Shown: piece after piece, positions 36,995 through 45,321 of the stretch
Position numbering within the stretch: position 1 is the stretch's first letter
Layout: each line of letters begins with the position of its first letter
DNA from: Vicinamibacterales bacterium
GTDB lineage: Bacteria > Acidobacteriota > Vicinamibacteria > Vicinamibacterales > 2-12-FULL-66-21
NCBI GenBank assembly: GCA_035463475.1
Contig: DATHTE010000014.1
Span: forward strand, 2,750 to 66,749
DNA length: 64,000 bases
Direction of reading: 5' to 3'
Made by a program: the position numbers and the translations under genes
Notes under the pieces: generated by a model
The model's database searches: none
The model's input: only the letters and a program-made list of their open reading frames with translations
What the model was told of the DNA's origin: nothing

Positions 36995-38209
36995 TCACGC
37001 CACGAGCATTCCGGTCGAATACATGATGGCGAAGCCGCACAGCAGGCCGGCCAGGGCGGGGCGCGTCGCGAAGAACGCGGCGATCGGCCGCTCGCCCGAC
37101 ATCTGCCGCGAGATCTGCGCGACGACCTGCGCAATCGCGCCCGCGCCGACAGCCAGGAAGATCACCGACCACACCGGGGAGTACACGAGCCCGCCGAGCC
37201 ACGCCCCCGCGATCGTCGGCACGCCGCCGATCAGGCCGAGCCGGACGAGATCGCCCACCCGGACGCGCGACCGCGCGAGGGGCGCGACGATGGCGATTCC
37301 CTCCGTCGTGTTATGCAGCGTGAATCCCACGATCAGCAGCGTGCCGAGCGCCGCCTCGCCGATGGCGAACGCGGCGCCGATCGCGAGCCCTTCGCCGAAG
37401 TTGTGCAGCCCGATGCCGACAGCGATGAGGAGCGCGAGCACCCATGCGCTCCCCCGGTCAACCTGGCGGCGTGTGCGGAGCCAGCTCCCGAGCGCTTCGA
37501 GCGCGAGGAACGCCGCGACGGAGCATAGCGCGAACAGCGCGAAGCCCTGGAACGATCCCGGCAGCTCGCCGGCGACCTCCAGGCCTTCGTCGAGCGCGTC
37601 GGCGAAGAGGAACACGAGCAGGCCGATCGTCATCGCCAGCACGAAATCCAACCCTCCGCGGCCCAGGCGCCCGATCACGGGATACCAGAGCAGGCCGATC
37701 GCCACCGGCAGCACGCCGACATAGAGGCCGATCAGCGCGAAGAGCCACAGCGCCCGGGCGCTCGGCGCCGGCGTCGGCACCGCCACGGCAATCTCGTGCT
37801 CGAAGGTGACGCCGGTCGCCGTGATCACCTTGATCCGGTGCGTCTCCCCCTGCACCCACGGATAAGGCACGGTGACCGTCGTCCGGCCCAGGTGTCGCAA
37901 CGTCGTCGGACCGTCCGCCTGGAACGACCAGAAGGCATCGTCCACGGTGATTTGTGCGATGGTGACCGGATCGGGGCCGTCGTTGAACAGCTTGGCGTGA
38001 ATGCCGCGCTCGTCGAGCGTAACGCGCTGGAACGAGAGCCGCTCGACCGGCGGAACGCCGTCGCCGCGCAGCGCGTCGGCGGGACCGCCGCGGGCCAGCA
38101 GAAGGAGCAGGCCGGCGAGCAGGACGAGCGGAACGAGCGCCGCGAGCCAGAGCCCGAACCGGCGACGGGACGGTGCGGCGAGCCGGTCGGCGGCAGCCTC
38201 AGCTCTCAC
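36995..38209 (-). CDS. ZIP-family metal (Zn/Fe) permease with ~150-aa N-terminal extracytoplasmic domain
   Basis: GIGLHNFGEGLAIGAAF and FTLHNTTEGIAIVAPL signature helices, in a multi-pass hydrophobic protein. Confidence 0.75.
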   Translation of the reverse strand: MRAEAAADRLAAPSRRRFGLWLAALVPLVLLAGLLLLLARGGPADALRGDGVPPVERLSFQRVTLDERGIHAKLFNDGPDPVTIAQITVDDAFWSFQADGPTTLRHLGRTTVTVPYPWVQGETHRIKVITATGVTFEHEIAVAVPTPAPSARALWLFALIGLYVGVLPVAIGLLWYPVIGRLGRGGLDFVLAMTIGLLVFLFADALDEGLEVAGELPGSFQGFALFALCSVAAFLALEALGSWLRTRRQVDRGSAWVLALLIAVGIGLHNFGEGLAIGAAFAIGEAALGTLLIVGFTLHNTTEGIAIVAPLARSRVRVGDLVRLGLIGGVPTIAGAWLGGLVYSPVWSVIFLAVGAGAIAQVVAQISRQMSGERPIAAFFATRPALAGLLCGFAIMYSTGMLVA

Positions 38210-39242
38210 GGCGCCGGACCTCCGCCCGGAAGAGTCCCATCCATCCCAGCTCGGCGAACTCGCTCTGGTGCGCGTGGAACATGAAGTCGCCCGGATAGCG
38301 GAACCGCGTTTCGAGAATCGCGCGCTCGCCCTGGCACAGCATCAGGGTGTCGGTGTGCTCCGCCGTGCTTCCGCGCGTGCCCGTGCGATAGGCGTCGAAG
38401 AACATCCCGTGCAGGTGAAGGCTGTTGACGAGATCGAATTCCGTCAGGTTCGCCAGGTAGATGCGCACCAGCTCGCCGACACCCACGCGAATCGGCTCGT
38501 GCATGTAATAGTGCGCGACGGTGTTCACCGCGTACACCTCGTTGTCGTTGTCGAAGTTCGTGTCGAACCCGTTCATCAGCATGACGAGTTCGTCCGCCTC
38601 GGCGCGGGACTCACGCGGATCGATGATGAACACGCCATACAGCCCCTTGTGAATGTGGCGCTTCAGCGGAACCGCGTGGCAGTGGTACAGGTGCAGGCCG
38701 TACGGCTCGGCGTCGAACTCGTAGATGAAGCGTCCGCCCGGCTGCACCTGCTGATCGGGCAGCGAGCCGTCCATCTCCGGCGGATGCCAGCCGTGAAAGT
38801 GGATGGTATGCGGGTGGGTCCCCTGGTTGACGAACGTCACGCGCACGCGGTCCCCTTCCGTCGCACGTAGCGTGGGACCGGGCACTTGCCCGTTGAAGGT
38901 CCAGGCGGGAAAGAAGAGGCCCGGCGCGATCTCGATCTCACGATCGACCGCGTAGATCTCGTATTCGCGGAGGAGCGACCCATCCGGCCGCCTGGTCTCG
39001 CGGTAGAAGCGCGCCCGGCGGTCGGGCGGGAGGTCCGAGAAATTCCACGCGCGCAGGTACGTCGATGGGTTCAGCGCCTCGGATGTGACGCGGCCGACGG
39101 GCCCCATCGCATGGGCGGCATGGTCCATGACGCTGCCGGTGGGGTATTGCTCGAGCGCGGCGCCTCGTCGCGAAACCAGCCCAGTGCCGGCCAGTAACGA
39201 CGTCAATCCGGTAAGTTGCAGCCACGACCGTCGAGTCAGCAT
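38199..39242 (-). CDS. Tat-exported multicopper oxidase-domain protein (two-domain, NirK-like layout)
   Basis: Twin-arginine leader MLTRRSWLQLTGL. Copper motifs HPHTIHFHGWH, LYHCHAVPLKRHIHKGLYG, LHLHG and FMFHAHQSEF. Confidence 0.75.
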   Translation of the reverse strand: MLTRRSWLQLTGLTSLLAGTGLVSRRGAALEQYPTGSVMDHAAHAMGPVGRVTSEALNPSTYLRAWNFSDLPPDRRARFYRETRRPDGSLLREYEIYAVDREIEIAPGLFFPAWTFNGQVPGPTLRATEGDRVRVTFVNQGTHPHTIHFHGWHPPEMDGSLPDQQVQPGGRFIYEFDAEPYGLHLYHCHAVPLKRHIHKGLYGVFIIDPRESRAEADELVMLMNGFDTNFDNDNEVYAVNTVAHYYMHEPIRVGVGELVRIYLANLTEFDLVNSLHLHGMFFDAYRTGTRGSTAEHTDTLMLCQGERAILETRFRYPGDFMFHAHQSEFAELGWMGLFRAEVRRRES

Positions 39243-39296
39243 AATTTTGACAAGTCAAAATATAATATTGTATTATTCGTAAAGTCAACAGGTATC
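39243..39296. promoter_or_regulatory. AT-rich bidirectional promoter/operator between the MCO operon and the DtxR-family gene
   Basis: The dyad TTTTGAC-AA-GTCAAAA lies at 39245..39260, with a third half-site AAAGTCAACA at 39281..39290. TTGACA and TATAAT/TATTAT hexamers are present on both strands. Confidence 0.55.
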
Positions 39297-39950
39297 GTGA
39301 CATCCACTTCCTACACCGTCGAGAACTACCTGAAGGCCATTTACCAGGCGCAAGCGGCCTCGGCCGACCCGGAGGCGTCCGTGCCCATGGGCCGCCTCGC
39401 GAGCGCCCTTGGCGTGGTCCCCGGCACCGCAACGACGATGATGAAGGCGCTCTCGGAGGCGGGGCTGGTCGAGTACGAGCCCTACGTCGGCGTCCGCCTG
39501 ACCGGCGCCGGCGAAAAGCTCGCCGCGATGGTGTTGCGGCGCCACCGGCTCATTGAACTGTTCCTCGTCCAGGTGATGGGAATGAGCTGGGCCGAGGTGC
39601 ACGACGAAGCCGAGCACCTCGAGCACGCCGTCTCCGACCGGCTGATCGATCGCATCGACGACATGCTCGGGCGGCCGACAGCCGATCCGCACGGCGACCC
39701 GATTCCGGACGACCAGGGACAGCTCGCGCTGCCGCAACACGACACCCTGCTGACGTGTCCCCTCGACGTGCCAGTGAAAGTGACGCGCGTAACGGACCAG
39801 GATGCGGACTTCCTGCGGTTCATCGAGAACAGCCGCCTGATGCCGGGAGAGACCGTGGAGATCCAGGAACGTGACACTGCCGCCGACCGCGTCCGCCTGA
39901 AGCGCAGGGCCGACCTGATCACGATCGGGACCCGCGCCGCCGCCAAGGTG
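39297..39950 (+). CDS. DtxR/MntR-family metal-dependent transcriptional regulator module (HTH + dimerisation + FeoA/SH3-like); no stop codon at its end
   Basis: A GTG at 39297 opens VTSTSYTVENYLKAIYQ..LVEYEPYVGVRLTGAGEKLA..RHRLIELFL..HDEAEHLEHAVS..DPHGDPIP..VTRVTD..PGETVEI. The frame continues open into the next feature. Confidence 0.7.
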
Positions 39951-40760
39951 ATGGTCCAGGTGATTGCGCTGCTGCTCGTTGCGCTCACGCCGTTCGCGCA
40001 CGCGCGGCAGCAACCTGCGCCGACGCCGGATTCCTCGCGCCCGTTCGAGATCCTCGACAACTCGTTCCTCGTCGAGGAGGCGTTCAACCAGGAGGCGGGG
40101 ATCTACCAGAACATCGTCGGGTTTGTCCGGGGATCGGACGGGTGGGAGCTGGCCTTCACGCAGGAGTGGCCGGTGATATCGCAGTCACACCAGCTCTCGT
40201 ACACGCTGCCGTTCGAGGGAATCGACGGCACCGGCAACGGGTTCGGCGACGCGATGCTGAATTACCGGCTCCAGGTCCTGACCGAGACGGCGCGACAGCC
40301 CGCGTTCGCGCCCCGTGTGTCGCTGATCTTTCCCACCGGAGGCACACGCGACGGCGCCGACACGACGGGCTACCAGGTGAACCTGCCGTTCAGCAAGCAG
40401 GCAGGCGATCTGTATTTCCACTGGAACGGCGGCTTCACCGCCCAGCCCGGTGTCCACCTGCCGGAGCGCGGCGAGCACGTGACGCTCTTCACCCCCCACG
40501 CCAGCCTGGGCACGATCTGGCGGGCGCGCCCGCTGTTCCACGTCATGCTGGAGGCGGTGTTCGAATCGGAGGAATCGATCGCGGGCACGTCCGCCACGGA
40601 ACGCACGCGGCTGCTGACGCTCTCACCGGGGTTCCGCGTCGCGCGCAACCTGCACGATCGTCAGCTGGTGCTGGGCGCGGCGCTGCCGGTCACCTTTCGG
40701 AACGGCGGCTCTAACGGCGGCGTCTTCCTCTATTTTTCGTACGAGTTGCCCTGGAGGTAA
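39951..40760 (+). CDS. Signal-peptide-bearing outer-membrane beta-barrel-like protein (MetA-pathway/transporter-like), same frame as the regulator; candidate internal ATG start
   Basis: MVQVIALLLVALTPFAHA-RQQ looks like a signal peptide with an AHA cleavage site. It is followed by alternating beta-strand-like sequence ending YFSYELPWR. Confidence 0.5.
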   Translation: MVQVIALLLVALTPFAHARQQPAPTPDSSRPFEILDNSFLVEEAFNQEAGIYQNIVGFVRGSDGWELAFTQEWPVISQSHQLSYTLPFEGIDGTGNGFGDAMLNYRLQVLTETARQPAFAPRVSLIFPTGGTRDGADTTGYQVNLPFSKQAGDLYFHWNGGFTAQPGVHLPERGEHVTLFTPHASLGTIWRARPLFHVMLEAVFESEESIAGTSATERTRLLTLSPGFRVARNLHDRQLVLGAALPVTFRNGGSNGGVFLYFSYELPWR

Positions 40761-40765
40761 CGGTG

Positions 40766-40795
40766 GTGGCGCATGCCTGAAGAGGCTCGCGCCAC
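40766..40795. terminator. GC hairpin in a convergent gap (GTGGCGC..GCCT-GAAG-AGGC..GCGCCAC)
   Basis: 7-bp outer and 4-bp inner stems, with no U-tract. Confidence 0.4.
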
Positions 40796-40827
40796 AAGTG
40801 TGGCGTTAGGCTGGCGTTAGGCTCGCG

Positions 40828-41232
40828 CTAGGCTTCGGTGTATGTTGCCACGGAGTTCGGCGTTTCCCAGACGCGCACGGTGACGATGTCGAGCCCGAGT
40901 TCCCGTCCCTTCTCGTAAATCAGCCTCGCGATACGTTCCACGGTCGGATTGCTGTCGATCACGTAGATGGGCTCGCCGAGCTGCCGCAGCGGCGCCACGA
41001 GCGGATCGTCGTGCCGCAGTATCATCTTGTGATCGAGCTCGCGGTCGATCCACCCTTTGACCAGACGCTTGATGTCGCTGAAATCCGCGACCATGTTGCG
41101 CCGGTCGAGGCGGTCCGTCCGCACTTCGACCTCGACGACGGCGTTGTGGCCGTGCGGGTGCTTGCAGACCCCGTCGTAGTCGAGGAGGCGGTGCCCGTAG
41201 CAGAACTCGATGCGTTTCGTCACCACGTACAT
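40828..41232 (-). CDS. queD: 6-carboxy-5,6,7,8-tetrahydropterin synthase QueD
   Basis: FCYGHRL..CKHPHGHNAVVEV. 134 aa. Confidence 0.88.
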   Translation of the reverse strand: MYVVTKRIEFCYGHRLLDYDGVCKHPHGHNAVVEVEVRTDRLDRRNMVADFSDIKRLVKGWIDRELDHKMILRHDDPLVAPLRQLGEPIYVIDSNPTVERIARLIYEKGRELGLDIVTVRVWETPNSVATYTEA

Positions 41233-41245
41233 GTGGACAGTCTAA

Positions 41246-41917
41246 TTGATGGAGACCTCTCTCGTCCTCTGCTCGGCCGGCCTTGACAGCGCGGTGCTGG
41301 TCGCGCTCGAGGCGCGCGAGCGCGCGGTGCAGCCCGTCTACGTCTCGGTCGGCCTCGCGTGGGAGCAGGCGGAGCGCGCGATGCTCGACCGCCTCATTCC
41401 GGCCCTGGGCGGCGCAGTCGCGCCCGCGGCGCTGCTCACGGTCGACATGCGCGACGTCTATCCAGCCGCGCACTGGGCGGTGCGCGGCGTGCCGCCCGAC
41501 TACGACTCGCCGGATGAAGAGGTCTACCTGGAGGGACGCAACATCGTCCTGTTGTCGAAGGCGGCGGTGTTCGCCGCGCGTGAGGGAATTGCACGCGTGG
41601 CGCTCGGCCCGCTCGCCGGGAACCCGTTCCCGGACGCGACGGAGCAGTTCTTCGGCGCGATGGCGCGCGCGCTGTCGATCGGCCTCGACCGCCCGATCGA
41701 CATCGTGACGCCGCTCACGGCGATGCGCAAGGCGGACGTCATCCGCCTCGGCCTGTCGCTCGGCGTTCCGTTGAACCTCACGATGTCCTGCATGAACCCG
41801 CAGGACGGTGAGCACTGCGGACGCTGCAGCAAGTGCCGCGAGCGGCACGACGGGTTCGTGGCGGCGGGCGCCGCGGACCCGACGACGTACGCCTCACCAG
41901 TTCCGCAGGGTGATTGA
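41246..41917 (+). CDS. queC: 7-cyano-7-deazaguanine synthase QueC
   Basis: LCSAGLDSAVL PP-loop and a C-terminal zinc site CMNPQDGEHCGRCSKC. Confidence 0.88.
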   Translation: MMETSLVLCSAGLDSAVLVALEARERAVQPVYVSVGLAWEQAERAMLDRLIPALGGAVAPAALLTVDMRDVYPAAHWAVRGVPPDYDSPDEEVYLEGRNIVLLSKAAVFAAREGIARVALGPLAGNPFPDATEQFFGAMARALSIGLDRPIDIVTPLTAMRKADVIRLGLSLGVPLNLTMSCMNPQDGEHCGRCSKCRERHDGFVAAGAADPTTYASPVPQGD

Positions 41918-42802
41918 TCCGTCGCCTGTGCGGATGCGCATCAGCCGCCCGCCGGCGCCGATCTTCCCGCGCAGCGAGCGGCGGCGCCGTTCCTGGTCCC
42001 CTTCATTCGCGGTCGTCGTCACCTGCACGTCGAAGTCGCTGCGCACGCGGCCGTCGCCGGTCTGCGCGTCCAGTTCCGCGGCGAACTCCTCCGGAAGGTA
42101 GACCGCCACGGTGCCATCCTCCGTCGTGATGGACCAGTCCGCGGTCATCGCGCTCCCACGGTCGGCGCGAATCGTGACCGAGCCGTCTCCCGTTTTTGCC
42201 CTGACCGCCCCGAGCCGACCGGCCACGCTGATGCCGCCGTCCCGGGTCGTGAGCGCCATCTCCCCCTCGACGTCCTCGACGCCGATCGAGCCGTCGGCGG
42301 TTTCGACGTCGAGATGTCCCCGCACCTCGCTGACCCGCACACTGCCGTCGCCGCTGCGCAGCTCGATGCGCCCGTCGAGTCGGCCCGCCCGGATGGAGCC
42401 GTCACCCGAACGCGCCTGCAGGGTCAACTTGCGGGGAACGGTCACGACCAGCCGGGCGTACGACGAACGATGAAAGCCGATGCCCTGAAAGCTCTCGCGC
42501 GACGGGCCGGTGACCTCGATGTCGATGCGGTTGCCGCGCTGCTCGGCCCGGACCTGCATGGACTTGAGCGCATCTTCGTCCGGGCCCCTCTTTTCGACTT
42601 CGACGAGGACCTCGTCGCGGTCCCAGGACCGCACCTCGATCCCGCCATCGAACGTGTACACGCGGACATCGGGCTCGCCGCTGATCGTGAAGCGCTTCTC
42701 CTCGCGGGCGATGCGCTCCTCCGTATCGACGTGAACCGTGCACGATGCGGAAAGTACGCCCAGGGCCGCGGCCACGACCAGGTGTCTCGTCACCATCCTC
42801 AA
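41894..42802 (-). CDS. DUF4097-like beta-strand-repeat lipoprotein
   Basis: Lipobox LSASC, then repeated GDGSI/V-R-V/A units (SGDGSIRAG, SGDGSVRVS, TADGSIGVE, TGDGSVTIR, TGDGSITLR). Confidence 0.65.
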   Translation of the reverse strand: MRMVTRHLVVAAALGVLSASCTVHVDTEERIAREEKRFTISGEPDVRVYTFDGGIEVRSWDRDEVLVEVEKRGPDEDALKSMQVRAEQRGNRIDIEVTGPSRESFQGIGFHRSSYARLVVTVPRKLTLQARSGDGSIRAGRLDGRIELRSGDGSVRVSEVRGHLDVETADGSIGVEDVEGEMALTTRDGGISVAGRLGAVRAKTGDGSVTIRADRGSAMTADWSITTEDGTVAVYLPEEFAAELDAQTGDGRVRSDFDVQVTTTANEGDQERRRRSLRGKIGAGGRLMRIRTGDGSITLRNW

Positions 42803-42805
42803 ACC

Positions 42806-44002
42806 TCAACTACTGAGACGATCCCGGGAGAACGCAAGTTCGCCCCCCACCCAGGTTTGGGCCACGCCGTAGCCGGCGTCCAGCAGCACGAGGTCCGCCA
42901 CGGCCCCCGGCGCGATGACGCCGTGGCCGGCCAGCCCCAGCTCGCGGGCGGCGGTGGTCGAGGTCAGGGTGGCCGCATCCCCGAGCGACAGGTTCACGAC
43001 GGTCACCAGCCTGGCAAAGGCGCGGTCCATGGTCAGCGTGCTTCCCGCGAGCGTGCCGTCCGCGAGCCGCGCGACGTCCCCCACGGTGATCGGCCGGCCG
43101 CCGAGCGTGGCGTTGGATCCCGGCGGCAGTCCCGAGCCGGCCGTCCCGTCCGTAATCCCCATGACCTTGGATGGACCCTTCGCGGCGATCGCCGCGCGCA
43201 TCGCGGCGGGATGCACGTGCACGGCGTCCGCAATCAGCTCGGCCGCGACCTCATCGCTCTCCAGCACGGCGCCGACGACCCCCGGCGATCGGTGCGTGAG
43301 CGGGGTCATGCGGTTGTACAGGTGCGTCGCATGGCGCGCGCCCGCCTCGATCGCGGCGCGCGCCTGCTCGTAGGTGGCGGCCGTGTGGCCGATCGCGACG
43401 CGATGGCCGCGCGCGACGAGCGACGCAATCAGGTCGATCGCGCCTTCCAGTTCGGGCGCAAGCGTGACGATGCCGACATCGGCCGCCGCGGCTTCGATCA
43501 CCGCGAGGATGTCCTGCGCGGTGAACTCGGCGTCCCGCTCGCTCGCGCCGCGCGGGGCGCGGAGGCGCTCCCGTGGCTGCGCGCCCGCGAACTCGGGACT
43601 GATGAAGTTGCTTTCGAGATGTGCGGGAAGCACCCGCGCGCTTGCCTTGGCGGGCACCGTGCGCGCGCGCCCGATCGCCGCGAGCGCAGACCGCAGCTCG
43701 CCGGGAGTGCACGCGATCGTGGTCGGGCAGAACGCGGTGACGCCGTAGCGCGGCAGCCGCGCCGCCATCTGGGCGACGGCGTCGGCCTGCACGAGCGTGT
43801 CGTATCCCTCGACACCATGCACGTGGACGTCGATGAAGCCCGGGACGGCCAGACGGCCGGACACGTCCACGCTCACGTCGCGCGGGCCGCCCGCGCGCGT
43901 CCCGCTGACGATGTCAACGATCCGGCCGCCGTCGATGACGACCGTGGAAGGCCCGGTGACCCGATCGGGGAGCACGAGCTCGGCGCCGGAGAGCAGGATC
44001 AC
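42806..44002 (-). CDS. nagA: N-acetylglucosamine-6-phosphate deacetylase NagA
   Basis: The GTG start overlaps the ROK stop (GTGA). Motifs PGFIDVHVHG, ATHLYNRM and the amidohydrolase fold pattern. The track ORF to 44161 is over-extended. Confidence 0.8.
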   Translation of the reverse strand: MILLSGAELVLPDRVTGPSTVVIDGGRIVDIVSGTRAGGPRDVSVDVSGRLAVPGFIDVHVHGVEGYDTLVQADAVAQMAARLPRYGVTAFCPTTIACTPGELRSALAAIGRARTVPAKASARVLPAHLESNFISPEFAGAQPRERLRAPRGASERDAEFTAQDILAVIEAAAADVGIVTLAPELEGAIDLIASLVARGHRVAIGHTAATYEQARAAIEAGARHATHLYNRMTPLTHRSPGVVGAVLESDEVAAELIADAVHVHPAAMRAAIAAKGPSKVMGITDGTAGSGLPPGSNATLGGRPITVGDVARLADGTLAGSTLTMDRAFARLVTVVNLSLGDAATLTSTTAARELGLAGHGVIAPGAVADLVLLDAGYGVAQTWVGGELAFSRDRLSS

Positions 44003-44886
44003 GAGAGCGCGAGCCGCGCGGCGCCGATGGCTGGGGCTTCCTCGGCGAGCGCGGACATTTCGACGCGGAGGCGCGCGGCGAGCGCGGGAGGGAGCCGCCT
44101 TGCGCACTCCAGCCGGACAGGATCGAGCAGCAGGTCGCCCGCGCGGCCCACTTCTCCGCACAGCACGACGAGCTCCGGATCGATGGTGCTGACCAGGTTT
44201 GCGACCGCCATGCCGATGTACCTCGCCGTCTCACGGACGACGGAGATCGCGACGCCGTCGTGCGCGCGCGCGCCGTCGTAGACGTGATCGGCGGTGATCG
44301 CGTCGAGATCGGCCCCCTTCTCCAGCACGGCGGATTGGTCGCCCGCCTGGATTCGCCAGACGAAACGGCGCGCCACGCCGCGCGAACTGGCTTCCGCGTG
44401 CAGGCAGCCGGTACGTCGATAGTCCTGCCGCTCGACGGGGTTCAGGGCGAGCCAGGCAGCGCATCCCGCCAGGCCGTGCGAGCCGTGCCAGAGTTGTCCG
44501 TTGAGGAGAATCCCCGCGGAGATCTGATCGCCGATCACGAGCGCGACCGCGGTGTGGACCTCCGTGGCGGCGCCCATCCAGTTTTCCGCGACCACGGCAG
44601 CCTCGCCGGCGCGGACCACCTCGTCCGGCACGTCCACGAGCGCGCGGATGCTCCCGAGTGCCTTCATGATCGCGACGTCGGAGGGATCGTGGGCACAGAC
44701 GCGAGCGGGAATGCGCCCGGCGCCCTCGGGCAGGACCTTTTGCACCACGGCCTTCGCCGCGCGAGGGAGGTTGCCGTTTGCGGCGCGGCCATCGGCGCGC
44801 GACAGGATCGCGGGCGCGCCCGTCCCCAGCGCGACCGCCCGCACGGTGCGCGGGCCCATCTCGATCCCGATGGCCGCCGGCGTCAC
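43999..44886 (-). CDS. ROK-family sugar kinase/regulator-like protein
   Basis: IGIEMGPRTVRAVAL and GAGILLNGQLWHGSHGLAGC-type ROK core. It is coupled to nagA. Confidence 0.7.
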   Translation of the reverse strand: MTPAAIGIEMGPRTVRAVALGTGAPAILSRADGRAANGNLPRAAKAVVQKVLPEGAGRIPARVCAHDPSDVAIMKALGSIRALVDVPDEVVRAGEAAVVAENWMGAATEVHTAVALVIGDQISAGILLNGQLWHGSHGLAGCAAWLALNPVERQDYRRTGCLHAEASSRGVARRFVWRIQAGDQSAVLEKGADLDAITADHVYDGARAHDGVAISVVRETARYIGMAVANLVSTIDPELVVLCGEVGRAGDLLLDPVRLECARRLPPALAARLRVEMSALAEEAPAIGAARLALS

Positions 44887-45311
44887 CCAGCCCTTTCTTC
44901 CGGCGCACCCACGCCGTAGTCCCAGCGCAGCTTGCGCCCGGACAGCGGCGCGTGTCCGGGAACGCGGAAGAGCGCGCGATCGACTTCGGCGAGCAGCACG
45001 CGCAGCCGGTCCTCGTCGGGCGCGGACATCACCAGCACGCCGCCGCTCTCCTCGGGTGGGAACCGCCTGTCGTCGAAGTAATCGCGGTCGAGCGACACCA
45101 GCGTGCGACGCAGCTGGCGCGCCAGGCGGTAGTGCTCGGTGTCGCGCGCGCGCCTCAGGTCCTCGTGCTCCAGGACGAAGAAGACGTCCCAGTTCAAGTC
45201 CTGGCGCATGAAGCTGACGATGCCGGCAGGCAGGTTCGCGTCCGCGTAGATGCGCGGCTGCTCGGCCTGGCGCTCGACGTGCGGTCCGAGTTCAGAAGCG
45301 AGTGTTCCCAT
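44883..45311 (-). CDS. DUF5615-like (Mut7-C/PIN-like) protein
   Basis: IYADANLP..D..ARQLRRTLVSLDRDYFD..GGVLVM pattern. The assignment is from memory of the family and no partner antitoxin is seen. Confidence 0.45.
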   Translation of the reverse strand: MGTLASELGPHVERQAEQPRIYADANLPAGIVSFMRQDLNWDVFFVLEHEDLRRARDTEHYRLARQLRRTLVSLDRDYFDDRRFPPEESGGVLVMSAPDEDRLRVLLAEVDRALFRVPGHAPLSGRKLRWDYGVGAPEERAG

Positions 45312-45321
45312 CGGTTGATCG

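Noticed and set aside
35815-37134. 439-aa ORF as a long UbiE
   Set aside because: The N-terminal 180 aa overlap the cupredoxin gene in another frame and are Arg-rich. The methyltransferase domain begins near GTG 36594, which overlaps the upstream stop.
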